Of a DNA stretch of 64,000 nt, positions 13,631 to 28,192 are shown piece after piece. This DNA comes from Octopus vulgaris (Eukaryota). Made by a program: the position numbers and the translations under genes. The notes below the pieces were generated by a model. It was not told where the DNA came from, did not search any database, and worked only from the letters and a program-made list of their open reading frames with translations. The stretch spans positions 1,736,001 through 1,800,000 of the forward strand of contig OX597828.1 in assembly GCA_951406725.2 (NCBI GenBank), written 5' to 3'. Numbering within the stretch: position 1 is the stretch's first letter; every line of letters begins with the position of its first letter.

Positions 13631-15720
13631 GAGGACATAGAAACCCTTGCTTCGGATCGAGCTTGATGGCGAACAAAAGTGTGGAGTGAAAGCTTTTGAA
13701 GAGGCCAGGAAAACGCATGCAAGACTCAAGAGAGATTTAAAGAATAATATTACGATCAGTTTGTGACAGACCATGCCATCAACTCGTCCAGTTAGATGAG
13801 CAGATTCTGTGTTTCTGACTCCTTTGATGATGCAAGGATAGTAGTGTCGTCCATGTAGGCTTTCAAGGATGCCACCTTACATCCACTGCCAAGGTCTGCT
13901 ACACTTGCTTTGCTTTCTACTGCCCTGAGAATTACCAGCATCATCATCACGAAGAGTACTGGTAACACTGCACAACCTATCGCAATTTCAATCTCCAATT
14001 TAGCCCTGGCAGTTGTGTATCTCTTGGGGCTGAACTGCTTCTGAAATCCGGAGAAGTAGGGATCAAGCATTTTGCGTATTGCTCCTGGTACATGATACAT
14101 CTGGAGTGTCAGTTGAATCATCTGATGAGGAACAGAGCTATACGCGTTTGTTAGATCTAACCAGATTACATCAACGCCAGTCTTATTCTCTCTTGTTTTC
14201 TGAATAGCTTTTCAGACCATGTTCCCATGTTCAGGGCATCCAGCTATCCTAGGCGCACCACCCTTCTCAAAAGACGTGTCTACATAGCCATTATGGAGTA
14301 GATAACTGGTCAGTCTGAGAGCCATTATCTTCCCTTCGACATTCAGGAGTGAAATTAATCGGAATGGGTTGATTCCTTGTGTCCTGTTTCTTCGGTATGT
14401 ACACTCCATTTGCCTTCATCCAATTCTTCTAAAACAGTGCAAGTCTTGCATGCAACAATTTCAGAACATTTGGGCATTTCTTATACAGGAGATATGGTAT
14501 GCCATTCCGTCTCGTAGGTGATTTGTTCCTTATAAGATAATCTTGACAACTTTCCTAGCTTCAGCACGTGTTGCAGGTTTGTTGAATTCCACCCCAGGAC
14601 GACTTGGCCACACCAAGTTTGTATTATGGTCAAGTGGTTGTTGTCAGTTAGGGTCGGAATACGTCTTCTCAGGTGAGCTTCAAGAGATTCTTTCTCAATG
14701 TCTAGTACACCTGACCGTGGTTGATGAAAGAGGCACCTAGCGTATTTGAGCGGCTCATTGATGAACCGGTCCTTGCTCTTTTTCCCGTATAAATCTACTT
14801 TTCCTCAAGTCGTCTGCACTGCTGAGGACGCTGTGCTGTTTTTCTTTGGGTTTTTGCGAATCTTCAACAAAACATCTCTTCGGGACTTGAGGTTTGCAGT
14901 TGTTTTTTTCATGCATCTCTGTCTATATCCTCTGGATTCCATCTCCCTTTGCTGCTTATTATTTCCGGTTGGTTTCTTGCTCTTCGCTTCTTTAACACCA
15001 AAGTACTCTCTGCTAATATTGTATATTATTTCACCCCAAGCCTCTGGTTGCTTGTCATACTTCAAAGTACCCAGGGTTTTGTATAAAGCCTTGCAGATTT
15101 CCTTGTCAAGTGGATCCCAAGCCTCTTCACTGCTCGCTGGAAGGAATTTGATTCGTGGACACTGTACTTCTTGGGACTGTTTTCTCATAGTAAACTCATT
15201 TGCTTTGGTATACTCAGCACTCTGGTTTGCGATCTGGCTTTGGTTTTTCTGCATTTTCAGTGCACTGCAACATGAGTTAGTGCTTTGGCAGTACGTTTAA
15301 TTTTTGTCCGATGAATCTTCATTTCCTTTTCGGAGGCGAATTTCCGACCACAGATACACTGGAAGTCCGGTATCCGTTCTGACCTCGTGGTCCTAGGTAC
15401 ATTCCGAGTCGTTTCCTGTTTCAATCCTTTTGGACCCTTCATTCTCGGCCCCCTTTCGGTAAGGATCCTGGCCATACTTTCCAATGCTAGGTTTTCTCAC
15501 AAATTCTGAATTCTGTCTCTGGGTTGCGAGCCCGATTGAGACCATCTGGATTTGCCTTTGGAGCCCTCCTTATTCATCAAGGAGCCAACTGGATTTTCCC
15601 AGTAGTCATCCAGTCAACTCCTGGACGTCAACGGACTATCCATAGATCTATAAGTAACAGAAACTCGCTGCAAGGCGAGTGCACAGCAGATATTTAGAGG
15701 AAGAAATCCCATCCGACAAG
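13631..15720 (-). mobile_element. Hero/NeSL-like (R2-group) non-LTR retrotransposon, 5' portion, degenerate
   Basis: N-terminal zinc-finger-like CICGRKFASEKEMKIH. RT motifs FRLISLLNVEGKI, GGAPRIAGCPEH, WLDLTNAYSSVPH and KAYMDD. Confidence 0.8.
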
Positions 15721-17418
15721 TGTTCGAGAGACGCTAAAGGCTGAGAGTAAATGGAAATATATAGATTAATTTTTTCAAAAAAAAGCTGTGCATAATTAAG
15801 TCGACTTTACAAAATATATATTAGTGGAATTAGTTAAATGAGAGCAAATGTTGGTACTGTTTCGCTAAGTTAGATATAAATGTTATTGTTAAAATAAAAT
15901 TTATGAAACGGATGAATTTCATTATTTGTTGGGTAATCGAATGGCAGAATGTTTGACCGTCAGACAAATACGTTACATTATTTGTTCCAGCTCATGACAT
16001 TTTGAGTTCAAAACGTACTGAGATCAACTTTACATTTCTTTTTTCAAGTTATTAGTGAAGCACTGAAAGTTTTTCAAGTTACCAGTGAAATACTGAGATT
16101 GAACTTTAATGCTCTCTGAACGGGCTGCGAAGTATGTGTGAATGTGAAGTCATAGAAAATATTCCTCTTTCACCCTATAGTAGTACAAGAATTAGGTTCT
16201 GAACGAGTTGGTAATACTGATAATAATGATATTTGCGACGAAAATTTAAATATATACAATTACCGGACTTAGCATCAATGTTTTAAAGCATTCATAATCC
16301 AGTAATTGTTGATTATTTATTGTAGTAAATGAATCGGCGACATCTATCCTGTAACTTACAACCAAATGCACCATTTCGTCATAGGGATATTTAATGAATG
16401 CAAAACTGTAGTTCACATATTTGGTGTCTAAATCTCGAAAAGACTATTGTTGGTTTTCCATGACAGGTGTCAGTATAATTACTAAATCATTTAGTGACGC
16501 TATTTACATGGGAAAAAATAGTTAAGTCAGTTCTGACATATTGTAGAAAGCATAAAAAGCTAACATGATATGGTTACGAGGTAAGGCAAAAATACTTATC
16601 AATGACTGATATTGTTCAATATTTCATTATCACTGCTTACCGACAAAATTAAAGAGACAGAGGAGAAAAAAGGATAGAGTAGAGGGAATAAGAATGAGGA
16701 AGAGTGATGAAGAGAGAAAGAGAAAGAGAGAGAGGAAGAGAGTTATAGAGAAAACGTCGAAAGGATGAAGAATGATCGAGATCTATTCGAATGGCCAATC
16801 AGCTTCGTCAAATAACAACCTTCGTTGAGAACTCTATCGACTATCAAAATCGCATATGAAATAAAAGCAGTAAGTTCGCTTGAGAAGATCGCAAGCAACA
16901 CTGACACAACCGAAGACAGCAATAACGCGAAAACGAACATGCCACATTGACATTAAGAAATAATAACTTATTATAACCAAACAGTAGTAATGAGTTAAAA
17001 ATTAAGTAACTCCAAACTCAAACAAAACTTCACTCACTACATTACTGAATAATTACACAAGCGAATTAATCACAAAGCTAAAGAATATCGCCCTTTCTAA
17101 TGTTATCTGTGATAGACGAAGTACTGAAGGAACAACTAGCAGAAATCAAGCATCCTAGCCATTCGCCATCGAATATTTTACCCTACTATTATTGTTTCTC
17201 AACAAAGAGGAGTAACAGAGATCGAGCGAAGCGAGACATTCCCAGCCGCAAAAAAGTGAACGAGCTCTCTCTCCAAACAAATATTCAACATACTCAGAAA
17301 TATATGTGTGTGTGTGTGTGTATGTATATATATGCATATGTATAAATGTATGAATGTGCATGCGTGTGTGTGTGTGTGAATAGAATACATACTTGTGTGC
17401 ATGAATATACAAATATTT

Positions 17419-17645
17419 AAGGCGGCGAGCTGGCAGAAACGTTAGCACACCGGGCGAAATACGTTACTGTATTTCGTCTTTATGTTCTGAGTTCAAATTC
17501 TACCGAGGTCGACTTTGTCTTTCATCCTTTCGGGGTCGATTAAATAGGTACCAGTTACGCACTGGGGTCGATGTAATCAACTTACTCCCTTTGTCTGTCC
17601 TTGTTTGTCCCCTCTATTTGTAGCCCCCTGTAGGCAATAAAGAAA
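17419..17645 (+). mobile_element. tRNA-derived SINE family A
   Basis: AAGGCGGCGAGCTGGCAGAA head, B-box-like GAGTTCAAATTC and conserved core GGTCGACTTTG(C/T)CTTTCATCCTTTCGGGGTCGAT. Other copies at ~250-350, ~15940-16100, 26097-26470, 31094-31265, 48775-49640 and 58762-58960. Confidence 0.85.
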
Positions 17646-18459
17646 TAAATATGCAAATATATTTGTATGTTTGCACATGGCATTTTATCCTGTCGAGAAT
17701 TCTGTCTGTTTAAGGGGCAGAATGCGCGTAGCACTTCAATTAAAAATTTTTTTATCGAATATTCCACTTTCCAGAAAGAATTTTAATCCATTCTATATTA
17801 AAAAGAACCTACCATGTTTGAAATCAGTTTTAGATAAATAGCATGCACGAAACTCTCGGCTCTTGGGTCACATTTGAAGCTTTCTGCCAATTAAAAATTA
17901 GTCTATATTATTCTATACATCGTCAATAATTAATTTTTAATAAGCCTGCTGGCTATTTGAGGTATCAGTGCCTGAAAAGTCACTGTAATTCTGTACATCT
18001 TTGACGGTGAGATTTGCCTGGTATGCAGCGAGAGGACAGCCGTCCTGAAGATACGCAGTATGACGAAATCTGGCAGCTCTGGCGTCCATTGTAGATAATT
18101 CTCATCTATCAACTTGTGTGTGTTTTTATTCAACATACGCCTTTATGAGAGGTCCTCTCAAGGCGAATATCGCAGTATTCTGCTTTCTATCAAAGCATCC
18201 ACGTTAAGTTGAATATAAAGATGGCTTTGGGTATTAATACTGTTTCTGTCTCATCCCAGTTATGCCAAGCCTGACTTACGTTCGAAATGTCAAAAGCGCT
18301 CGCTTCTTTTCAGGCATTATACTAAAAACACCTTTGTTAAAAATTGTTCCTCACTTTGTCTTCTTTGTTTTGCTCACCACCTAATATATACATACATACA
18401 TACATACATACATACATACATACATACATACATACATACATACATACATACATACATAC

Positions 18460-18690
18460 AAAGACGTGCACAACTATTCTTACTCTTACAACTGAGAACA
18501 GAATAATTATTTTAGATATTATAGGCATTACAAAGGGAATATTGCTAGGAGATAGTCTTTCTGTACTTCTTTTCATTTTCGTACTGAATCCACTTTCGTT
18601 CCTACTGCAGAAAACAAATGGTTACATGCTAGGATCTTCAACTGCAAAAAATATCAATGTAACTTATAATTTCTTTATAGACCTTTGCAG
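18460..18690 (+). mobile_element. R4/Dong-like LINE RT fragment
   Basis: GILLGDSLSVLLFIFVLNPLSFLL, homologous to the GIFQGDS motif of the copies at 41.8-45.9 kb. Confidence 0.6.
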
Positions 18691-18868
18691 TGTTCATCTA
18701 AAGATTGCAAATGTACACATTATATGAAGCTCGAACTTAGGTGAATTCGTTTGTATGATTGATTACTAAATCATATATATGTGTGTCTGTATGAATGTAT
18801 GTAATACATACACACTCACATACATACATACATACATACATACATACATACATACATACATACATACA

Positions 18869-18901
<33 letters not shown>

Positions 18902-19619
18902 GCATCTATGTATAAGCGTTAATACAGTTTATCACAGGTTGCATTCACACACAAAACTTAATGAGCTGTTATAAACTAATATGCACATCTCTTAAAGCAG
19001 TGCGAATAAATTATATACTATCTGTAATAGCTTCATTTTTATCTTAAATTTGCTTTAAGGTACTCTGAAAACATGCTTATATATAATTAAGCATGTATAG
19101 GGAAAACAGAAGTTAGATGTTAAATGATGTGGAGACTGAGAAATGGAGGGGTAAAAATAAGACAACGAATGCTAATAAAATGGGTTGAAAAGTATCTAGC
19201 AAATTGGCTTTGTCCTGCATTTATCAAAATGAACTACGAGGTTGAATTGGTTTAAAATCATAAAACGAATTTGAATTATGCAGAAAATTTCTTGTGAGAA
19301 GAATGAAAATCTAGTGGACTTAGTTCTTAAATTAAACTGTTTTGAAGGAAATTGAAGATTTTAATGTAAGAAGGAGAGAAAGGTTACATATACATAGGTT
19401 CATTCATTAAAATAACTCACACGTATATATACTAGACTATTCAACATTAACAGAATTACATATTAATTCTGCTTTAACATATAATTAACAACACATGTAC
19501 AGATGGACAGAGATATTCTTCATCAAGAGTATTTTTAAAGCAGTGTTAATAATAATTGGCAAAGAATTGCACAAGAAATTGAAAGAAGGTTCATATTGGA
19601 TTATAGCGTATGTACTTAC

Positions 19620-19774
19620 GTTTCCCCAGATATAACCCAAAGTCCGACACACCACATCAGCATCATCTTTGTCCCATAGATCATCACACACTGTTCCCCA
19701 TTCCACACCGTCACTGCTCACTTCTACACGACCAGAAGATTCATTTGGTCCATCTGCTAAGCGAACTTTAATGC
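19620..19774 (-). CDS. SRCR-domain protein (DMBT1/CD163-like), exon encoding N-terminal half of SRCR domain 1
   Basis: Acceptor ttcatttcAG and donor GTAAGT; 155 nt, phase 1 to 0. Translates as [51 protein letters not shown], the canonical SRCR N-half. Confidence 0.93.
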
Positions 19775-20949
19775 CTGAAATGAAGAAAAAAAAAAACGAA
19801 GTAAAAAATACATGCTCTATTTACTATGTTTGCTAAACCCTTTTATTTTCAAGACCACTACACATCACGTATTGTCACAATTCATAAAAAGCAATGGAGT
19901 TGAAATTTAAAAAAATTAAAAGAGTCGAAAAATGATACACAGGGAAGCATTCGTTTTTGTTTGACTTCGTGTCCAAGCGTGGGCTCTACCTATGCGCATT
20001 ATTAAGAATGCTTAAATTAACATCAAACAGGAAAAACACGTAGAAATAGTTAGTTTAAGATCGGAGAGGCCAAATTTGCTTTTGGTTTTGATCAAACGTA
20101 TATTGTCAAATGAATGACGATGTACGAATAACTGTAAAGGAAAGAGTCCTCGGGGGTATTTCTATATAAAATACGCTTACGTATCGTAGTGACGTGGAAC
20201 ATCAACAAACGTCAAAGGGCATATCAATGTTGAAGAGATGTGGTACAAGTCCATGAGTGTTGACGGTTATAGACATGGAGCATATGGAAAAAGATTAACG
20301 ACATAAACCAAAAGCCAGTGACTGAATACGTAGTCGAACTTTAGGAAGACTGTCATTTTGTTCTCTTTACAGTCAACCAATCTTAATTTTCCTTATATGA
20401 ATTTTACATATGAAATTGAATACGTTATAAAATGTTCTTATGTAGATATGAGTTTTCTCATTTATAGAGTATTTCTGAAATTCTGTAGACGTGCTACGAA
20501 TGAAAATCACGAAAGTAGATAAATTAGTTACAGTCTTATGTTTATAAACGTATTGGTATGCAAGAATATAAAAAAAAGTTCTTAATTCTTCTGGGTAGAA
20601 GTATTTGAGAAGTTATGAAATATTCGTCACTGATAAAGTATTAAGGACGTAGTTCGCAGAAAATGTGTTCATTCAAGAATCAGAAGTTTATCTTGGGATA
20701 ATTTGAATTTGAAACATCCAATTAAGGGAGAGAATAAATACCAAGGTGATAACTGTCAGCAATTTTCAAGGAGAAAAAGAGGCAATTTCAAAAGAACTTG
20801 GTGTAAATATTCCAAATTTATTTACATGTTACATATGGGACACTATGATCTTTGTTGTAGAAATATAGAAAAAGATTTAGGTAAAAATTCGCCAATGGTA
20901 ATTCGCATTATTAAAGAAGAAAAGGCAGAAAAATAACTCGTGTCCAACA

Positions 20950-21240
20950 GCATAAATTGAGACAGTTAACTTAAAGGAGACCGTAACCTTTCCGCTGTGG
21001 GCGGTGTCTGACACACTCCCGACGCCAACAAACCTGCTCAAATGGAGTTTGAGGGAAAACCAGCTGTGTAGGCTTTGTGGAGCGAGAGGCACACTGGTAC
21101 ACATTTGCTCAAGATAAAGTGGCGCCATGATAGAGTGCTGGTCTTCCATAAACAACCTTGCCCGGACTTATGCCTCGGAGGGTAATTTTCTAGATGCAAT
21201 CCCATGGCCATTCGGGACCGAACGGGATTTTTACCCTTTA
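20950..21240 (+). mobile_element. SINE family C body and 3' part
   Basis: 21160-21235 is similar to the reverse complement of 54130-54200. Related 5' pieces lie at ~21615-21670 and ~29800-30040. Confidence 0.55.
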
Positions 21241-21296
21241 TAAATACACACATATACACATGTATGTTTCTTTGTACGTATGTATGTATGTATGTA

Positions 21297-21349
<53 letters not shown>

Positions 21350-21575
21350 GTGGGTGTGTGTGAGTGTGCGCGCGCGTATGTAACCACACGTTGGAGATTT
21401 CTTTTTCTTCTTTGAACATTTTCCTTTCTCATTTCCGACTAAGAGTTATGGTCTAAACATCAGTCTGTTTTTTCACCGAGCATCAAGCTAATACAATCCT
21501 TATGTATGTCTTTCTGTTGTCCGTTAATTTTATTATTCGTTTTTTTAAATTTTGAATTGAACGGTTATTTGAATT

Positions 21576-21613
<38 letters not shown>

Positions 21614-22306
21614 CCTTGGATTGGGCGATGCGTTGTGTTCACACAACTCTTCACGTTGGTTCAGTTCATTCAACTGGAAAAAATGAGTAATCCAGCGACG
21701 GGCTTGCATCCAGTCTAGGTGGGGGTGGGGGAATATATATACCACAGAATCCTGGAAAACGGATACATAGTTACATAAATACATACATTCGTACACTCAC
21801 AGTCACACTCACACGCTCACGTACGTACATACATGCATATATATATATATATATATATAACATAAATGATATATAAACATATGCATATATACATACATAT
21901 ATGTACATACCTACATCTATATGTTTATATACATGCATATATGGGTACGGGACACAAAAAAAAAACTTTGAACACAATGAGAAATGAAAACATAAAAGCA
22001 AAAACATGGAAACGAGCTTTTTTTCAAACAACGAAAAAACAGAATACAAGACATACAACACAAGGAATATTCCCCTTCCTCAGTTGTCCCTGTTTCGTCT
22101 ACTCCGAGTTACGAAGGTAAGGACAAGACACGACGTTGAAACAATCCTTCCCGCAAAGCATATTAAATAATATTTGGGATTTTTTGCGGAGGGTTAAAAG
22201 TGGTAACAAGAACAGGACAGTGACTATTGGAATCTAACGGAGGACCAACTATAGCACTTACTCTGCGTACCTGTACGTTTAGATCCAAACTGAATTAAAC
22301 CCCTCA

Positions 22307-22404
<98 letters not shown>

Positions 22405-22417
22405 ATTTATGTATGCA

Positions 22418-22483
<66 letters not shown>

Positions 22484-22489
22484 TGCACA

Positions 22490-23530
22490 ACCTGGTTTTA
22501 AGTAGTCTCTGGTAAGTTTTTCTCTGGGGCTGGTGGAGCTCCGCTGGATGATAATTGTTTTATAGTGTAAGTTCTAAGGGAAATGTATTTTAGAATGTTC
22601 TTATTGATTAGAGTTAGATTTGTATTAGTTTGGCTGCAATTGTAGTGAATGTATTATATAACTTTTTCTTCAGCTATCTATTGTCATTTTATGGTGTAGC
22701 GCATTGAAAGTCTCCAGAAGCTCGTTGCCGAATTCATCAACATTTTAGATCATAGCAGTGATGCCATCCAGACTGCAAGCTTTACCATCCTATGTTGATT
22801 TGAGCTATCTTGCGGTTAATGAATGGTGAAAAATGGTGAAGGAACACTTTTTCATGTCAAGTTCTTCAGGAAAGACTGGACCAATATTGCCCTCAGCAAG
22901 TTTTGAAGGTTTACTTAAAAGATTTTCAAAGTGCTTCTTCCATAATTTAATCCTCTCTCTTTTACTTCGAGTCTTTTCACTGATTTGATTTACTATCTTC
23001 TGTGTAACTGTTGACTTCTTGCTATCAGGTGTATTTCTGAATTAGCGATCTTTCTTTGTAGTTATTCAAGATGATCTTTCTCATAGAGTTCAGCAAGCTA
23101 CAATTATGCTCTTTTGTTGTCCTCAATATATTTAGGAATTGCTGCTGAATCTTTCAAAGGAGTTGCATGATGTAACTGTTTGCGTATCTGAAAAACTCGA
23201 GTTGCTTCTTCACAGACAAATTTGAAGTTGTTGTATGTCTTATTTGGTGAATTTAAATTATTTACTCTTGAAGGACAGCAGATATATTCTGAAGAGAGAT
23301 GGCAAATTTATTCTGAATTTCCCCATCTTCCTTTAGAGCAGACGAATCATAAATTGGACCTGTTCTTCAAATCCCTTTTGTTGGAATAAAGACTCAGTCA
23401 CAATCAAGTGTTACAAGTTCATTTTTCAATGTTCCATTTCATTAAAGTTCCATATTCGAAAGTGTGAAAATCCATTTGGGAACATAGTTGGACCGTTATG
23501 CAGGTATGTTTTATGCCTCAATATTAATAT
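22490..23530 (-). mobile_element. Degenerate RTE-like LINE fragment
   Basis: Minus-strand peptides LWKKHFENLLSKP and GKACSLDGI, typical of the pre-RT region. Confidence 0.55.
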
Positions 23531-23779
23531 GAGCTCAGAATTCTTATTCGAGATTGATCCTCAGTAAAAAAAAAAAAAAATTCTATTTACTTCCATCGTA
23601 TAGGAATTACAAGGATAAGGTCTTTTACTACTACTATACGATTTGGTATTTGATAAAATATGTCCTTAACTGTCATCACAGATGTTTCTATCCTTCAGAT
23701 TCTGCATGTACGCCGAAAGGGATATCATATTTATTCTATCAAACCTTAAAAACTGTGTTAAACTTACATAAGATTTACT

Positions 23780-24100
23780 ATTAACAGAGGTGTCAACTAC
23801 ACATTTGTAAACTCCGTTGTTCATTTGGCAATTTCCTTCTAAATGGCAATTGTTTCAATTAGCACAATTACAATTTACATTATAACTATTTCCTTAGTTC
23901 TCGCAAATTTAGCTACACTCGATGATGAAATGTTTAGCAACTGGAGTTGTGGAATAATATAATTTAATAAACACTTATATTCTGTAAGTGTTTCAAATTC
24001 CATATTACTTAATATTACCAAATAATACCAGTACATCATCCTATACAAATTCCGTAGTTACTTTGATACAACTTCTCTAAGGGTTAATGCTTCATTGTAA
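23780..24100 (-). mobile_element. Degenerate Penelope-like GIY-YIG C-terminal fragment
   Basis: STTPVAKHF motif on the minus strand; compare STEVAEHF in the 36.7 kb element. Confidence 0.35.
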
Positions 24101-24524
24101 TAAGGAGAGTAATCCATAAATATCTGTTCGACTGCCGAACACCTAGATTATTCCAACGAGATTTTCTGAGCAAGTTTCTTTTGATGTTGTTTGTATAGTT
24201 TAGAAATTTGCTTATATGCTATAAGTATGGCACGAACGCGGCAATTTGTCATTGTTAATTGGCCACCATAACTACACGGATCCCTTCCAATATAGAGGGA
24301 GGTCATTCTTAAAATGGAATGGAATAGATAGCTCAATAAAATTAGAGATCTCTGCCGAATCCTTAAACAACTGAAAAGCATATTTGTGGATACTTTTTTA
24401 TCCATGTAATCTACTAATATCAGTCATAACTTTTAGTAAAGTTAGTATCCCTAAATGATTGTGGTAATCCGAAAGAAGTATAGCAATTAAATTACTATAT
24501 TTTCATCAGATTAGCACTATCAGG

Positions 24525-24895
<371 letters not shown>

Positions 24896-25616
24896 ATGTA
24901 CTAATTCGAGATAGAAAATTGAGAGATAAATATTATTTATTTAAAGATCACAATGCATGTATGAAAACGCTACTAATAGTTTCATATGTTGAGCAGACAT
25001 ATTCTTCAGGCGCAAACCACATATCAGAACGAACTAAAGAAATTGAATTAAAGAAGAAACGCGAAAAATCTAAGAGGGCACTATATAGAAAACGCAGACT
25101 GTAAACAACGGAAAACGAAAAACGGAAAACGAATAACTGGAACTAAAATGTAAAAAGTAAAAAGTAAAGTGGTAAAAGAGTCATCCTCCCCAGAAATCGA
25201 CCAGATTATCGGATGTTGTTATACACCGTTGGTCACAACGCGTTTCGCATTGTTTTAGCACTAACACCACACACTCCCTCGAATGAAACGCCAGTAAATA
25301 GACCCAGTAAATAGATTTACTTGCATCCAATATCTCATAACGTTACAAACTTATGATCCTTCCGTAGACTATATAAATCTAACAAGTTTTTTTCCCTCTA
25401 AATAACAGTGTACCCATTCTACTCCGGTCATAACCTATATAATGCATACGAACATATATGCACACACCTGTTCTGGTAGTTTACGTGCCCACTGACTATT
25501 ATTTACTATCCTCTCCTCTATCTATCTCTCTTCTTCCAATCCATTTATCTAAGTTATGTATGTTTTAAAATAAACACGTATATACACATACACGTACAAA
25601 CATGCGAGCACACACA

Positions 25617-25674
<58 letters not shown>

Positions 25675-25779
25675 GTGTACGAAATTCTGTTTACTTTTCT
25701 TGGAGGCTGAAATATTTAGGCTTATAAATTTCGTGTAGAGCAGAAAATTTAAATAGATATCAAGATCAGCTTTAATAGG

Positions 25780-26000
25780 CTTATGATTACATTTAAATGT
25801 ATTATTGTTAAGGTGTACTTTTCATTTCCAGGTGAGATATTTAGACAAGTTAGAAACATTCCCATGGAAGGTACGGGTAGTCCTTTATTAGCTAACTTGG
25901 CATCGTTAGAAGTTAGTTTTCTGAGTGAATTATGGAATCAGGAAAAGTAGGTTGGCCAACATAGTGGTTTCAGTAGATATATAGATGTATTTTGTTTCAT
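25780..26000 (+). mobile_element. Penelope-like RT fragment
   Basis: PME(G)...SPLLANL and FSRYID motifs, degenerate. Confidence 0.45.
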
Positions 26001-26096
26001 TTCAATATCCTCTCAGAGTAATTAGGTCATTCATGCAAATAAAAATTATTGGAAGAGTGGAGACGTGTACAAACAAGCGTTAATATATACAGACGT

Positions 26097-26470
26097 GAAG
26101 GCGGTGAGCTGACAGAATCGTTAGCTTACCGGGGAAATGCTTAGCGGCTACGTTCTGAGTTTAAATTCCGCCGAGGTCGACTTTGCCTTTCATATTTTCG
26201 GGGTCGATTAAATAAGTACTATTTACGCACTGGGGTCGATATAATCGACTTAATCCGTCTGTCTGTCCTTGTTTGTCCTCACTGTGTTTAGCCCCTTATA
26301 AAGAAATAGGCATGTCGTCCGATTTTACATTTTGACTCCAAATTCTGCCGAGGTCGACTTTACCTTTCATCCTTTCGGGGTCGATGAAGTAGGTACCAGC
26401 TGAGCACTGGGTCGATGTAATCGACTTAACGGCTCCCCTAAAATTACTAATATTGTGTCAAAATTTGAAA
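26097..26470 (+). mobile_element. SINE family A, full copy plus tandem 3' partial copy
   Basis: Matches 17419-17645; the core is repeated at ~26335-26430. Confidence 0.85.
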
Positions 26471-27297
26471 CTAATATATACAGACGTATAATTGATCAGT
26501 TGATTACGGCTTGCAACAGTATTTTAACGAAATTGTACGCTTGTACGTTTGCTATGTTCATTTAAAAATGCAAACTCGAACTCACAACAAACGGAACTGA
26601 AATAATGAGAGTTACTTCTCTTGTCTGGGAATGACATGAAGAAAACAAAATAGCATCCTGTTAATGTAAGATCTATGCTGTCCAATCAGAGAAAACTCCA
26701 TCCAAATTCGTTGACTTCAATCAGATTTAGTAGACTGAATGATTGTAAGGTCTCATAATTCGGTTGTACATATGGAATCTTAGGCAGACTTGAACTCTGG
26801 TTCCAGCTTCTAATAACTAAATAAACCTATACAGCACAGCATCTCAACCTTTTCTGCCTCAAGGCACCCTTGCCAAGCCTTTCAGAAGTCCACAGCACCC
26901 CTATTAGAAATCCTAACATGACAGTTGTTTTTTGATTCAACATCAATATAACAAACTTTGTCCCTGGATAATAACATCTGTGTAAGCAAACTAGTCTCTG
27001 GGATTGATAATAAAAAATTTCTTTATTTTACCAATGTTGATATAATAAACATAAAATAGATGACAATACAAAAATGTAATATACATCAATACAAAATATA
27101 AGATGACAAATATGTTTATAGTTAAAATAGTATCAAAGTATATTTTTTTACTCTAATCAATCAATCATGATACCACATATGTATGTATATTTCTCAGCAC
27201 CCCTCGGTTGATCTCACGGCACACCGATTGGAACACGGAATATTCTTTCTTCCGCTTATTCCTTCTACACACGCACGCACACACACACACACACACG

Positions 27298-27387
<90 letters not shown>

Positions 27388-28192
27388 GATGATTTAGCAA
27401 AACTAATGCAGTTACGGTTTTGATATTGCACAAGATATAACCGGCAAAACAGAGTGGGAAGTAGAACAGGAAGAACATTAGCATTTCAGTGTGATGCCTT
27501 ATTGTGCAGATATAATATTATTTGTGGCTTAGTCTATCTCTTTTAACAGTTATTGAAATGAAAATGTAATTAAATTTTGAATAAACTCCCTTTGTATTCG
27601 AAATGAGTTTTTAGGAATATTCTATTTGCAACAGAATGTACATGCTGGCGGAAATATGGATATACGAAGTTACATAACGTCCAGGATACCTCAACTCTGC
27701 CATGAGCAGATAAAGGTGAGCAGCTTGATCTGTTCAGGGTGATGTTGTAGGGCAACCAGAACATAGAGATAGATAAATCAGTTTATATAGGGGTAGATAG
27801 ATAGAAGAATCGAGAAACAGAAATGAATACACACATATACATGTGTGCACAATTAAAAACATTGCAACAAACTTTTATGCACCTTATAACATTGAAAACT
27901 TAAACTTAGACCATATAAAACTTCACAATCATCTATTATTCATTCACTTTCGATCTCCGTTTCATTTTCTCCCAAGCGTGTAATTTATATTTTCCTTCAA
28001 GTTGTTGTTTTGCTTGGTAATGGCAAACTTTTTCTTCTTTTTCACACAATAATAACCACTGACAAAAACTAGAATGAAATACACTTGTCTTATCTTGGTT
28101 AGCACCGGAAGCGCCCATATACAATGATAACAAATATTTTATACATATGCGGTATATTATTAACTGGAATCAGATTTCATAGAGATAACATA

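Noticed and set aside
14121-14140. CTGATGA on the plus strand
   Set aside because: It is the antisense of the Hero RT VPHQ codons, with no stem II or GAAA.
16743-16940. Signal-peptide-like ORF MFVFALLLSSVVSVLLA
   Set aside because: It lies inside the intron that splits SRCR domain 1, so it cannot be the leader exon; no other support.
20180-20280. Possible upstream exon ending at a GTAAGC donor
   Set aside because: The phase-1 frame gives only MFHVTTI after a stop, with no signal peptide.
27570-27764. ORF containing HGRVEV as a possible extra SRCR exon
   Set aside because: No WGxVC motif or Cys pattern, and no phase-compatible acceptor in that frame.
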